Assembly (NCBI GenBank): GCA_964016885.1
Contig: OZ024745.1
Span: forward strand, 67,394,001-67,458,000
DNA: 64,000 nt
From: Eledone cirrhosa
Taxonomy: Eukaryota
Reading direction: 5' to 3'
The notes under the pieces: generated by a model
What the model saw: the letters and a program-made list of their open reading frames with translations, nothing else
What the model was told of the DNA's origin: nothing
Databases searched by the model: none
In this document: piece after piece, positions 51,231 to 63,137 of the stretch
How the letters are laid out: each line of letters begins with the position of its first letter
Position numbering within the stretch: position 1 is the first letter of the stretch
Made by a program: the position numbers and the translations under genes

Positions 51231-51719
51231 GTCTTATAAATGAGGTAAGGAATGGCAGGCAGTTCATTGAAGGTTTTTCTGTGTAAGTAAATGTACTGTT
51301 CTCATCTGACTTATTGATATAGTTCTTGCAACAGGAATTAGATATACTTTGGAGCATTTTCTATGTTAAATGAGCTTGTTTCTGTTGCAAATTTTGTTGA
51401 AATGCTGTGGAACGTTTCAAACCTGGACACATAATTTAGTGTCAATAACCTGAGAGTAACCAAGGCAAAAACTAACTACTAACAAAGGACAAAATACAAT
51501 CTATAGTCACACAAAATATGGAGTGGTATCTTTGGTTAACAGATTTAGAGCCAAAACTTCAAATGCAACGTGTGTACTGGAATATAGAATTACAACAGTA
51601 ATAACCACATTAAATGAATGATATGAACTACTCATGTGACTTGCTAGATGTTAATAGGAAGTTTCTGTTGGCAATGACAGAAATTACATTTTAATGAAAG
51701 TAAATAAAATTATCAAAAA

Positions 51720-52287
51720 TGAATTGAGAGAGAGACTGAGCATAAGAGGAATCAAATGATGTATGCAGGAGAGGTGGTTGCGTTGGTATGGACATGTGAT
51801 GCATATGAAGGATGACAGCTGCATAAAAAGGTGCAGAGCACTAGAAGTCGATAGAAACCGCGGAGTGGGGAGACCCAAGAAGACCTGGGATGAGGTGATA
51901 AAAGCCGACCTTACCCAATTACACCTCTCAAAGGCGATGACACACGACTGTGACCTCTGGCGTCACGCAGTAATACAGAAGACCCGACCCCCACGGATAC
52001 AAGCCGAAGACAATATGCCCCCACACCCTCCAACTGCAAAGTGGTCATGGAGGTGCCACAGCAAAAAAGCACCCAGTCCACACTGTAAAGTGGACATGTA
52101 GGCGCCATGGAAAAAAGCACCCAGCACTCACTGTAAATGAGGTTGGTGTTAGGAAGAGCATCCAGCTGTAGAAATCAAGCCAGAATCAGTTCCCGTATGG
52201 TCAGCCGACCGGACACTGCCCACAACAGGACAACCCGTCAAACCCATGCTAGCGTGGAAGAACGGACGTAAAACGGTGATGATGATA
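51720..52287 (+). mobile_element. RTE LINE 3' end
   Basis: RWLRWYGHVM...GRPKKTWDEVI; 3' UTR repeats; GGACGTAAAACG(GAT)n tail. Confidence 0.85.
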
Positions 52288-52419
52288 TTATCTCTAAACT
52301 AAAAAAATTATAATACTTACACCAAAGTAGTGCATATATTAAAGCATAAAAAGTTAGCAATATGCACAAGCAACTGAACTAATTAATGTAATAAAAATAA
52401 GACATTGCACAATAAATTG

Positions 52420-52511
52420 CTTCAAAAGTATTTAATTTATTCAGTCAGTTATAATTTTAGTACAATAATATTTTCAGTTTTCTCTTCAGCTTCTCGGTAT
52501 AGCTTAGTTAA
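52420..52511 (-). other. Predicted non-coding terminal exon (3' UTR) of the SCO-spondin-like gene
   Basis: Acceptor TCTTTTGTTTTTCAG ending at 52512; donor GTATGT at 52756; AATAAA at 52436-52441 on the minus strand. Confidence 0.5.
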
Positions 52512-52757
52512 CTGAAAAACAAAAGAATGTCAGATGAGAGTCCACAATAAAGAAACTAATTTTTTTTTTTATTCTATCCATAATATCATACCTAAACAAA
52601 TGGAAAGATTGGAATCTATTAATTTCAAAGCAAAATTATCCTAGTTGCCGAATAGTTAGAATATTGAGTTTAGATTCAGCAAAGCAATTTGTTATTTTCA
52701 TGTAACTTTGAAAACTATATATTGAAACAATTAAACATATTTCAAAACATACATACT

Positions 52758-53062
52758 TTATTGACATCTGATACATTCACAACTACAAATTTGTGGATAA
52801 TACATGACTTTCTTCTCTTGATCAGGACCACATAGTGCTACCACTTCCTTGATTTTAGAAGCTTTAGCTTTGCAACACAAACATCGATTGTCAAATAAAA
52901 GATTTAATTGATCAACTGGTTTCTTTGAAAGCAAGGCTGGCTTCACAGTACTCAATCCACATTTACCCGAACAGTATGGAACTTTTAGTTTACTAGTTGA
53001 ACGACACTGGCTGGTAGTATTCTCCAAATAAATAAATTCATACTTCAATTGACACTGGGCAA
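52758..53062 (-). CDS. SCO-spondin/mucin-like gene, last coding exon: C-terminal cystine knot
   Basis: TTTAG acceptor, phase 1; FAQCQLKYE...C...YCSGKC...CLCC...LC...CSCEC.RCQ then stop. Confidence 0.9.
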
Positions 53063-53551
53063 CTAAATGAAAAATAAAGTATTTTAATAAATTTTGGAAA
53101 AATATTTAATATATAAAGAATCTTGAACTATTTAAATTTTGAACTTTGATAATTTCCACCAATGCAGAGAAATTGTACAGAAAGTATAGAGCATCTTCAT
53201 CATTTTTACATCCACATTTCCCAGTTATCATGGGTTAGTTAGAACTTTTAGGGACAGTGTCTTATAGTTAGATACCCTTCCTGATTCCAACCGTTTTAGT
53301 TGCTTCTTATGAGAAGCAAGGATCAACAAATACCTATCAATAACTAGTTAAAGTTACTCTTGTAATCCTGCAATATGAGTATTATGTTAGTGGTTACTTA
53401 TTATTATTGCTACTATTATGAAAAAAAACTTTTCTTCAAAGTGTTGTGAAAAACAAAACTTCAGTCAAAACATTATGAAATAATAGTTAGGTAAAAAGTA
53501 GAGTAGAAAACTATCATCCTACAAAATACATAATACTGACAAGATTAAATA

Positions 53552-53672
53552 ATAATTGTTTCTACTTTTGGCAAAAGGCCAGCAATTACCCCCAGTACAT
53601 TACTGGTGCTTTATTTTATCGACCCCATAAGGATGAAAGGCAAAGTTAACCTCAGCAAGATTTGAACTCAGA
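53552..53672 (-). mobile_element. SINE family A, 3' part
   Basis: Reverse complement of the 50220-50342 type. Confidence 0.75.
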
Positions 53673-53734
53673 TAAAATAATAATTATGATAATGACACCT
53701 GACAAAGACAATATGTCTAAAGTCTGTCTCGAGC

Positions 53735-54002
53735 CTGGAGGCTCATTAGGCCGGTGCTTATCCTGTTTCTTTGGCATTAAGCGACTGAGAGTTCAAAACT
53801 AACCCCTGTACAGGATGCTAGCCCAGCACAGGGTTAATCCCCCTAGCTACTGCTGATATTCATTTTCAGTTGAGTATACTGGAGTAACAGGAAATGAAGT
53901 GTTTTGCTCAAGAGCACAACACACAACCTGATCCAGGAATCAAATTAATGACATTATAATCATAAGTCCACTTCCCTAACCATTAAGCCATGCGCTTTCA
54001 CA
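53735..54002 (-). mobile_element. SINE family B
   Basis: Reverse complement similar to 10953-11200. Confidence 0.75.
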
Positions 54003-54064
54003 GAGAATATTGTAAAAAAAAAATAATTTCAGATACAAATTCAGGAAACATAAAATTTTCTTAC

Positions 54065-54125
54065 AATTTTTAGGTTTGCAAACTGGACAGCAAGTATTTG
54101 AGTCTAAATATATAAGGTCTTCATT
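54065..54125 (-). CDS. SCO-spondin-like exon: VWC C-terminal half
   Basis: CAG|NEDLIYLDSNTCCPVCKPKN|GTAAG; 61 bp, phase 0 to 1. Confidence 0.88.
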
Positions 54126-54519
54126 CTGTTAACAAAGAAATTATAAAAGTAGCAAATGAAAATAGATAGTAAAATGTAAATATAAGGATTAACTAAATAA
54201 AGAGAAATTTGTAAACATTAAAACTTTTGGTAAATTTTCAGTTGAAACAAAGATTAAGTTAACCCACAAGGACAAAATTTATTTATTCATTACCATACCA
54301 ACCCACCTAAAATCACACATAATTTTACAATACAGATACTATAATGTTTTAATGGTTTGTTCTGTTTTGTATTGTAGTTTTTTGTTATTTCAATTTAAAG
54401 CTTCAGTCCTAAGTTTATTTAGTTATGTTCCAAACATCAATTTAATCATGGAAGAGTTAGTTCTATAATAATTCCACCAAAACACTGCATTGGACTGATA
54501 TTTTAGTTATCAACTTTCT

Positions 54520-54935
54520 TCTTCGCCCACATATTCCTGAGAGGGACATGAGGACAGAGTTATCAAACACGCCTTCCAGCAGGTCTTGTCAGAAGCAACC
54601 ATCTCCAACTGATCCAGCTGGATCCCCAAGCAAGACCAGTTGAGCTTATGGATGTTATCCAACCATCTTGTTCAGGGTCTACCCCTGGGTCTTCTGCCAG
54701 TTTTGTTCGTAAAATCAGTCCAGTGATTCTTTCCTGAGACATTTAACCACATGCCTATAGTATCACAGCTGTGATCTCTCATTTCAGAAAAGTAGCAGCT
54801 GTACCTGGAGCGACTCTCTGATCTCTGATCTATGCACTCTATCGAGTAATATTACTCCAAAGAACCTTTGAGGAACCCCTTTTCAGCCACTTGTATTCGC
54901 GATCATATTTTTTCCGTCATTACCCAAGGTTCATG
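54520..54935 (-). mobile_element. Degenerate RTE-type LINE 3' fragment (different family)
   Basis: Minus strand encodes QL*YYRHV...GRRPRGRP..W. Confidence 0.55.
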
Positions 54936-55117
54936 ACAATAGGGATGAAAGGCAAAGTTGACCTCAGTGCTATTTGAAATCAGAGCACAGACAACCAGAA
55001 AAAATACTACAAGGAATTTAATCAAATCCTCTGATGTCTCTGATAATTTGACACCTAAGCCTTCCAAACAGTATTAATATATCAGTAAAAATATATGGTA
55101 ATTAACCAGATACTTAC

Positions 55118-55222
55118 TTCTTGACATAGAGGTATTTCACAAACTCTTTTACATTTTATTTTGCCTCTAATACACTGGCACAATGTACAATTTTCTCCAC
55201 TCTTTGTCCATATCTCTTGATT
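55118..55222 (-). CDS. SCO-spondin-like exon: VWC N-terminal half
   Basis: TAG|NQEIWTKSGENCTLCQCIRGKIKCKRVCEIPLCQE|GTAAGT; 105 bp, phase 0 to 0. Confidence 0.9.
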
Positions 55223-55974
55223 CTAAAAATATATTTAATAATAATTCTACCAGATAATTTAAAAGAAATTTTCTAAAGCAGCATGATAGGTTTGATAAAG
55301 AATATGGCTAGTGTATGAATAATTTCATATTTCTTCAAGTTTGATAAAGTAAAGGAAATTACATGAAATTTAATGTCGAAGTTCTCATATTAAATCCCAT
55401 AATTCAAATTTTGATCATCTGAAAAGTTCAGATATTTGACATTCCCCAGATTGAGTAAAGTTGAGTATCATCTTTACTGCTTTATTGTGAAAACCAATTT
55501 TGCAAGATTTTAAACATGCCTTAGTGTTTAGGGTGTTTGTCTCTTGATCATATGGTTGTGTGTTTGATTCCATTCAGCACATTTTGTCCTTGGGAAAATA
55601 TTTTATTTCTCATTGCCCCAATTCCCTCAACTGGAAAAAAGAAGTTATTGTACTGGCAATTCAAAGAGCCAGCCTTGTTACATGCTGTGTCATGCTGAAT
55701 CTCCCTGAGAATTATGTTATGGGTACATGTCTGTAGTATGCTCAGCCACTTATGTATTAATTTCATGAGCACTTATGTATTAATTTCATTGTTTTAACCA
55801 TAGGAGATCCAATATATTTAATAACTGATACGGTGGCTATAGATGAGCTGATGATCAAAGATTAGGTTGAGCAATTTTCTCAATTCTCAAAATTATCTAA
55901 ACACATTCTCAATCATGTTAGTATAATGTTTAAGTCTACCAGACAATTAATTTTCTAGTTTGTTATTTTTTTTC

Positions 55975-56349
55975 TGCACCCAGCACACACTGTAAAGTGG
56001 TCATGTAGATGTCACGACAAAAAGTACCCAGCCCTCACTGAAAAGTGGTCATGTAGGTGTCATGACAAAAAGTACCCAACCCACACTGAAAAGTGGTCAT
56101 GTAGGTGTCATGACAAAAAGTTTCCAGCCCACACTGTAATATGGTCGGTTGCTTAGGTGTCACAACAAAAAGTATCTAGCCCACACTGTAAATGTAGTTG
56201 GCCTTATAAAGGGCATCCAACTGAAGAAACCAAGCCAGAAACAGTTCTGTATGAGCAAGACATGGTCATCTGACTCGATTTACCTTGAATAGGACAACCC
56301 GTCTAACCTATGCTAGAGTGGAAAATGGATTTTAAATGATGATGATGAT
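55975..56349 (+). mobile_element. RTE 3' UTR-only copy with ~45-bp tandem repeats
   Basis: About 5 units of CCCA.CCCACACTG.AAAGTGGTCATGTAGGTGTCA.GACAAAAAGTA, then the RTE terminus and (GAT)n. Confidence 0.75.
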
Positions 56350-56702
56350 ACTTTATTTCACCTTACTAATTTTTTTAAGGCACAATCAAAGGGACATAAT
56401 TTATGAAATATTAAATCGAAACATTACATTCTCCAAGAATCAAAGCCAGTTCTCTGGTATTATAAAGTACAACAAAAATAGTTTATTTTTTATATTTTAA
56501 TGTATTATTACATAAACAACTTAAAGAGTAAAAGATAAGCTATTAGCAAAGAGAGTTTGTGATCTAGTTTTGAATTATGTCTCTAATACCACTAGAAAAG
56601 GAATTACATCACAACTTACTACTTATAATTCTAGGACCTTGTTCACAGTCCAAAACAATCAAATAACATACATATTATAATATCAATATAAAATTTACTT
56701 AC

Positions 56703-56908
56703 TTGTTTTACAATGCCATTTTCTGAACAGGAAAGATCACATTCATTTCTGGTAACACATTTCCCATTTTTGTCTCTGTACAAACCATCAATACATTTGC
56801 AACCATAATTCCAGTTTTCACATAAAGAATTGTTTGCAGGAGAAAGTAATTCTTCACATTTCGCTTCACAACCAGCAATAATGGACCATTCTTCTAAATC
56901 CCTACACT
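56703..56908 (-). CDS. SCO-spondin-like exon: TIL domain
   Basis: TAG|KCRDLEEW...GCEAKC...C...GCKCIDGLYRDKNGKCVTRNECDLSCSENGIVKQ|GTAAGT; 206 bp, phase 1 to 0. Confidence 0.9.
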
Positions 56909-57728
56909 CTAAAAATATTTAATAATTTTGATTTTAATTTTATTATCTATTATAAAACAACTTTATAGCCTAGTGTTGTAATGGAAGTAGTGCTGAAGCC
57001 ATAATAAAATGTACACGGTCCACACTGTAAAGTGGTAGTGTTGGTACCATAATAAAACATACTCAACCCACACTGTAAAGTAGTAGTGCTGGTACCATAA
57101 TAAAAAGCACCCAGTCATCTTTATAGGGTGATAGTGTTAGCACCACAATAAAATGCTCCCAATATGAGCTGTAATGTTAGGAAGAGTATCTGACCATAAT
57201 AACTGTGTCAAAAATTAAATATATGAGCTAGACCATTTGACCAATCTTGAATCAGAATGAGACAACCTGTCTAACTCATGCATGTAAGGAAAATGCATGC
57301 TAAACAATAATGATGATAATATACCATCATCATCATCATTTTATGTTGATGATGATGATGATGATAATATGCCAACATCATCATCATCATCATCATTTTT
57401 ATGTCCATGTTCTATACTCATATGAGTTGGAGATGTCTCAGAGTCTGATATCAGATGGGTCAAAGAACTATGATTTGCTCATGTGTTCCATATTTTGGCA
57501 TGATTACCACAGCTGGAGGCTTTTCCTGATGCCAACCACTTTACAGTGTATACTGAGAGCATTGTATCATGGCACCAGGACTAAAGGGATTGTTATATTC
57601 AGTTCACAGCAGGGTTAAAAATTCAATCAGAAACCATTTTGCAGAGTACTAGGTGTACTTTATTATGGCAATAAAACTGGAGGAGTTGTCAAGTCCTGAA
57701 CAAAACCAAAGAATCTCCTCTAGCTTCG

Positions 57729-57780
<52 letters not shown>

Positions 57781-58022
57781 ACTTTTAATTCATACTAATA
57801 TATATATGAAAATGTGGGAATCCTAAATGCAGAAAATAACTGTAACAACAGACAGTCACAATAAATAATAACGCGCGCGCGTGGAGAGAGAGAGATGTGG
57901 CTGCTGACAATGATTGAAATGTGCAGCTGGCTAGATAAATGTTGAGATTTATAGTCTTAATGTTTAAACTGTGTACAATAACTCATGTTAGAAATGCAAG
58001 CAATTAATCAGTCTATACTTAC

Positions 58023-58178
58023 TGCATTTGTTGTCTAATTCACATTTCACATAGTCATATCTAGGCTTACACACTGGATTGGTTGATTTTGTGCTATTTA
58101 TATTAAACTGCCGGATCCGTCTTCCTAAATTGCAGTCACCAGAACAAGTACTCCAGTCAGACCACTGTCCACAATCAA
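58023..58178 (-). CDS. SCO-spondin-like exon: TSP1 repeat
   Basis: TAG|VDCGQWSDWSTCSGDCNLGRRIRQ...C...KCELDNKC|GTAAGT; 156 bp, phase 1 to 1. Confidence 0.9.
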
Positions 58179-58289
58179 CTACAGAAGAAAAATATGAATA
58201 TAATGTTGAAATATTTTATCACTGAAATAACATCAGGTTTCCACATTATTAATGATATAAAGTTTGATATTTTTATTATTAGTTATTAA

Positions 58290-58505
58290 GAGGCCGGTAG
58301 ATTGGCAATATTGGTGAGTGTCAGACAACACGCTTTGCTGCATATAGTTACATCCCTTTATGTTCTGAGTTCAAATCCTACTGAGGTTAACTTTGCCTTT
58401 CGTCTCTACAGAGTTAATAAAATAAACCAGTAATGCACAGGGGTCAATATATCAACTTTCTCCTCCTCCAAAATTGTTGACTTTCTGTCTAAATAAGAAA
58501 TCATT
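58290..58505 (+). mobile_element. SINE family A
   Basis: Diverged copy of 5642-5826. Confidence 0.7.
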
Positions 58506-59289
58506 TTAGTATTATCGAGAAACCTTAATTACCATGTGAAAAAGATCATATTTAGTTCTGACATATCACTAAAGGCTAAGTAATTGATTGTTAATGTGCC
58601 ATATTTTTGGCAACACCACCAGTTCATTTACTTCATACCTTTCAGTCAGACTGTATAGGATAAAAACATTTTGAGCAAATGTAGAATATTTCAGATCCCT
58701 ATAGAAAGAGAATTTGGTGTTGATACAAGCTAACATTGCTGGACATCATTTGAAGGTAATAAAAAAAATCATAGTTGAAATTTCTTCTGTTAATTCTAAC
58801 AGAACTGGATTGCAGAACTGGAGTACAAAATAAAAGTTTTGGAAAAGTATTGTTGTGTTTTTACAGTGTAGAAACAAAATAGGAGGCAAATTTGATGGTT
58901 TTATTCATAGGAGTACGACTCACAGTCCACTTTGGGGAAGATTGGTTGGGAGCAAGATTATGCACAGTTCGTAAGAAAAAGAAGAATGGAGTAGCGTATA
59001 GGATAAATAATTATTTCTAATTTTTCACACAAGCCCTGGAGGTTGGAGTATTGTTAGAAAATAATAGTTACTAATTTAGCCACAAGATCTACGATTATGG
59101 GGGAAAATGGGAAAGTTGATTATATTGTCCACAGTATATAACTAGTATTTTATTTTATCAAACTCGGAAGGATGAAAGGCAACGTTGACCGTGGTAGGAT
59201 TTTGAATGCAGAATGTAATGAGCTGTAAAGATAGATAGAAACACATATTCAGTATTTTAGGCATAGTTTTATACAAATGTAAGATAGAG

Positions 59290-59515
59290 CCTATATTGCT
59301 TCAGTTAATTTTGTGTCTACATATTCGCTCTGATCGATCGATGAGAGCCCAGACCTCATTTGCTTGCCAAATAGGGTGGGCCTCATCAAATCGACAAAAA
59401 AGAGTAATGTGAAATAAAGTGTCTTGCTCAAGGACACAACACATCACCTGGTCTGAGAATTAAACTCGCAACCTCACAATTGCGAATCCAACTCCTAACC
59501 ACTAAGCCACGTGCA
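59290..59515 (-). mobile_element. SINE family B-related
   Basis: Minus strand CACGTGGCTTAGTGGTTAGG...GTTGTGTCCTTGAGCAAGACACTTTATTTCACATTACTC. Confidence 0.7.
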
Positions 59516-59567
59516 TATTAGATAATAAATTTTAGAGAAAAATATAAATAAATTATCAGACTTATAC

Positions 59568-59720
59568 CTTCACATGGTTGTAATTCACAAGTCTGTCTCT
59601 CATTTATTGGGTCTACATCACAATTTCTTTTATCCATACTCTCTCGTTGTCTTGTTTGAATACCAGGGCCACAACTTGTGCTGCAACTTGACCAGAATGA
59701 CCATGGAGTGTATGTACAAC
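59568..59720 (-). CDS. SCO-spondin-like exon: TSP1 repeat
   Basis: AAG|CCTYTPWSFWSSCSTSCGPGIQTRQRE...C...ERQTCELQPCE|GTATAA; 153 bp, phase 1 to 1. Confidence 0.9.
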
Positions 59721-59874
59721 CTTAAGATAAGAGTAACCAATTATGATGATATTTTTAATAATTTGACAAACTAAATGAAAATTTAAAAAATAATACAACT
59801 GACTGTAAATAACTCTGACATGAATAGGATTTACATGATACTCTAAAAGTCTTCTGAATTTTGTCTCAAGCAAG

Positions 59875-60143
59875 GAAGCTCATCAGGCCGGTGCTTGTCC
59901 CGGTTATGTTCCGTGTTCCATGGCATGAAGCTACTGAGAGTACAAGACTCGCCACTGGACAGGGCGCCAGTCCATCACAGGGTTAAACTATTGCTGGTAC
60001 TCATTTTCAGTTAAATATATTGGAGCAACGTGAAATGAAGTGTTTTGCTCAAGAATACAACACACAAGCTAATCCAGGAATCGAACCCATGACGTTATGA
60101 TTGTAAGTCCAACACTCTTACCACTAGGCCACATGCCTCCACA
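59875..60143 (-). mobile_element. SINE family B
   Basis: Reverse complement similar to 10953-11200. Confidence 0.8.
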
Positions 60144-61037
60144 TACCTGTTACAAATGAGATCAAATAGTCATTATTTTGAGTAATTATTCCTCTAAACC
60201 TGAAATAAGCATACTAATATGCTTTATGATAGAACCAATGTATGACATTTATGATATTAATATATATACATATATTATCATCATTGTTTAACATCCATTT
60301 TCCACACTAGCATGGGTTAGACGAGTTGTCCCATTAGAGGCAAGTTGGGTCAGGTGACCATGTTTTGCTCATATAGAACTGTTTCTGGCTAAGGTTTGTA
60401 AATGTTTTTATAATTGCTACTTTAGTTGGAAACAAATGTTTTTCTACCCATGCAGATGGTGAATTATATGAGGTTTGCATAAAACATTAAAATAAATATG
60501 TTGGCTATACAGCTATATTGGTTAAGACACAGTGAAAAGGTATAAGTTGATGGCAGTAGGTACTGTGATTTTAGGTAGAGAAGCAAAGACTTTGGAAGAA
60601 ATATTCAAGAGAGAGACTTACCATTGATAATTTTCTATGACTGCCTTTTAATTATATATTTTTAACAAGCTTTCTTTGCCTGGTTTCCATTTGCTCCTTC
60701 TTTCTTCATTTGAACACATTGTGTGGCCTGAGGTCTTGGTTCTTTCTACTCTCCCTCCCCAATACAAGTCCCATCTAACTTCTTACACCTTGTACCTTAA
60801 AATTCTGACCCTCTCACATCAGCTCTCTTTTGTAATCTTGCCCTCATTACTTCCCACATAATTTCTAAGTCAGGGTAGAGATAACACATATTTGATACAA
60901 ATGGAGATATTCTGAATGTTAGATGATTAAAAAGAACATTTTAAACCACCGATAAATACTAATAATATTTTGTAACATTACACAAAATAGAATTTAAAAC
61001 AAAATAAATGAAATGTATTAAAAATGTGTTTACTTAC

Positions 61038-61208
61038 AAAACTCTTGTCCATTACAAGATTTCACCTCAACAGCATTACTAGGGCATTTATTCCCTCCGC
61101 AGCGTGGCAGCGGATTGGAACAATATCTGGATCTGGATCTTAATCCACCAGGCTGGCAAGAACGACTACATTCTGTCCATTGTCCCCATTCAGTCCAATT
61201 GCCATGTA
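61038..61208 (-). CDS. SCO-spondin-like exon: TSP1 repeat
   Basis: CAG|VHGNWTEWGQWTECSRSCQPGGLRSRSRYCSNPLPRCGGNKCPSNAVEVKSCNGQEF|GTAAGT; 171 bp, phase 1 to 1. Confidence 0.92.
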
Positions 61209-61232
61209 CTGAAACCATACAAGATATTTTGA

Positions 61233-61265
<33 letters not shown>

Positions 61266-61281
61266 GATATGTGTGTGTATA

Positions 61282-61312
<31 letters not shown>

Positions 61313-61323
61313 TTGTGTGTATA

Positions 61324-61363
<40 letters not shown>

Positions 61364-62292
61364 CTACTGGGCGATAAAATCAGCAGTGGGGGAGGGTGCT
61401 CTGAAAGTACTGTAGCTAGAGTCAGAACTGGTTGGAAAAAGTTCAGAGAGCTTATACCACTATTAGCTGCTAAAGGGTTCTCCCTAAAAATGAAAGGCAG
61501 GTTGTACGATGCCTGCATACGAACAGCAATGTTGCATGGTAGTGAGACCTGGGCATTGTGTGCAGAGGATATACGCAGACTAGAGAGGAACGAAGCTTGC
61601 ATGCTCCGCTGGATGTGTAACAGTAATATACATGAACGGCAAAGCATAAACGAACTAAGGAAAAAATTAGAGATAAGAGGGATCAGATGTTGTTTACTCG
61701 AGAGAAGGCTGCGTTGGTATGGACACGTGATGCGCATGAAAGTCGATAGCTGTATTACAAAGTGCAGGGCAATAAAGATAGACGGTAGCCACGGAATAGG
61801 CAGACCTAGAAAAACATGGGATGAGCTGATAAACTCCGACCTCATACACTTACACCTCTCCAAGACAATGTCACTGGACCGTGACCTTTGGCGGTACTCA
61901 GTAACAGAGAAGACCCGCCTTGCCAGTAGGCATCTCTAACAAACTACACCCCGTCCCGCCACCACCCCCACCCCATCCACACCACCCCGTTCCATGTAAA
62001 GTTATGTTGGTGCCGCGCCATCCAGGCCGAAACAAACGAGATCGTGTAGGTGTCACGACAAAAAAACACACAGTCCACGCTGTAATGTGGCCGTGTAGGC
62101 AACACGGTAAAAACCTCCCAGACCCACACTGTAAATGTGGTTGGTGTTAGGAAGGGCATCCAACTGTAGAAAACCTGCCAGACAGTCCTATGCGAGCAAG
62201 ACAATCACTCTTGCCTCAAGTGGGACTACCCCCGTCCAAACCCATGCAAGCGTGGAACACGGACGTTAAACGTTGATGATGATGATGATGAT
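61364..62292 (+). mobile_element. RTE-clade LINE 3' end (young, open frame to 61939)
   Basis: LGDKISSGGGC..ARVRTGWKKFREL..KGRLY..LHGSETW..RLRWYGHVMR..GRPRKTW; 3' UTR; (GAT)n tail. Confidence 0.9.
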
Positions 62293-62378
62293 ACTGTATA
62301 TATATTTTATTTGTCATGCTGAACAGATTTTACAGGCAAAACAAACAAGCAGGGGAACCAGGGGTAGATCCCAAGCAA

Positions 62379-62998
62379 GGTGGTGGTGGTGGTGGTGGTG
62401 TGGTGGTGGTGGTGGTGGTGATGGTGGTGGTGGTAATGGTGATGGTGGTGGTGGTGGTGGTGGTTATGGTGATGGTGGTGGTGGTGGTGGTGGTGATGGT
62501 GGTGGTTGTTATGGTGGTAATGGTGATGGTGGTGGTGGTGGTGGTTATGGTGGTAATGGTGATGGTGATGGCGGTGGTGGTGGTGGTGGTGGTGGTGGTG
62601 GTGGTTATGGTGATGATGATGATGGTGGTGGTGGTGGTGGTTGTTATGGTGGTGATGGTGGTGGTGGTGGTGGTGGTGGTGGTTATGGTGGTGGTGATGG
62701 TGGTGGTGGTGGTGGTTATGGTGGTAATGGTGATGGTGATGGCGGTGGTGGTGGTGGTGGTGGTGGTAATGGTGATGGTGATGGCGGTGGTGGTGGTGGT
62801 GGTGGTGGTGGTGGTTATGGTGATGATGATGATGGTGGTGGTGGTGGTGGTTGTTATGGTGGTGATGGTGATGGTGGTGGTGGTGGTGGTGGTTATGGTG
62901 GTGGTGATGGTGGTGGTGGTGGTGGTTGTTATGGTGGTGATGGTGGTGGTGGTGGTGGTGGTGGTTATGGTGGTAATGGTGATGGTGCTGGTGGTGGG
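62379..62998. repeat. Compound (GGT)n microsatellite with GAT/TAT/AAT variants
   Basis: ~620 bp of triplets containing recurring higher-order blocks. Confidence 0.95.
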
Positions 62999-63105
62999 AT
63001 GTTTTTGTTATCTTTGATGTGGTTGGTAATTTAGTTTTCATATTCTTATAATCCAATTCACAATATAATTCATATAAAAATTATTCTAACATTTAATTTA
63101 CTCAC

Positions 63106-63137
63106 CAACAGCATTCGGTTGTGGGTGACACATTTCT
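63106..63137 (-). CDS. Possible 32-bp exon of the SCO-spondin-like gene
   Basis: TTACAG acceptor, GTGAGT donor; EMCHPQPNAV plus G gives the phase 1 needed for V-H-G-N-W of the next exon. Confidence 0.5.

Noticed and set aside
55975-56200. Regular ~45-bp repeats as a CRISPR-like array
   Set aside because: Contiguous tandem units without unique spacers, part of an RTE 3' UTR, in a eukaryotic context.
62273-63056. Gly/Tyr-rich, His-rich and Val-rich ORFs resembling structural proteins
   Set aside because: A stop-free triplet microsatellite is open in several frames, starts in an RTE (GAT)n tail, lacks a signal peptide and lies inside an intron.
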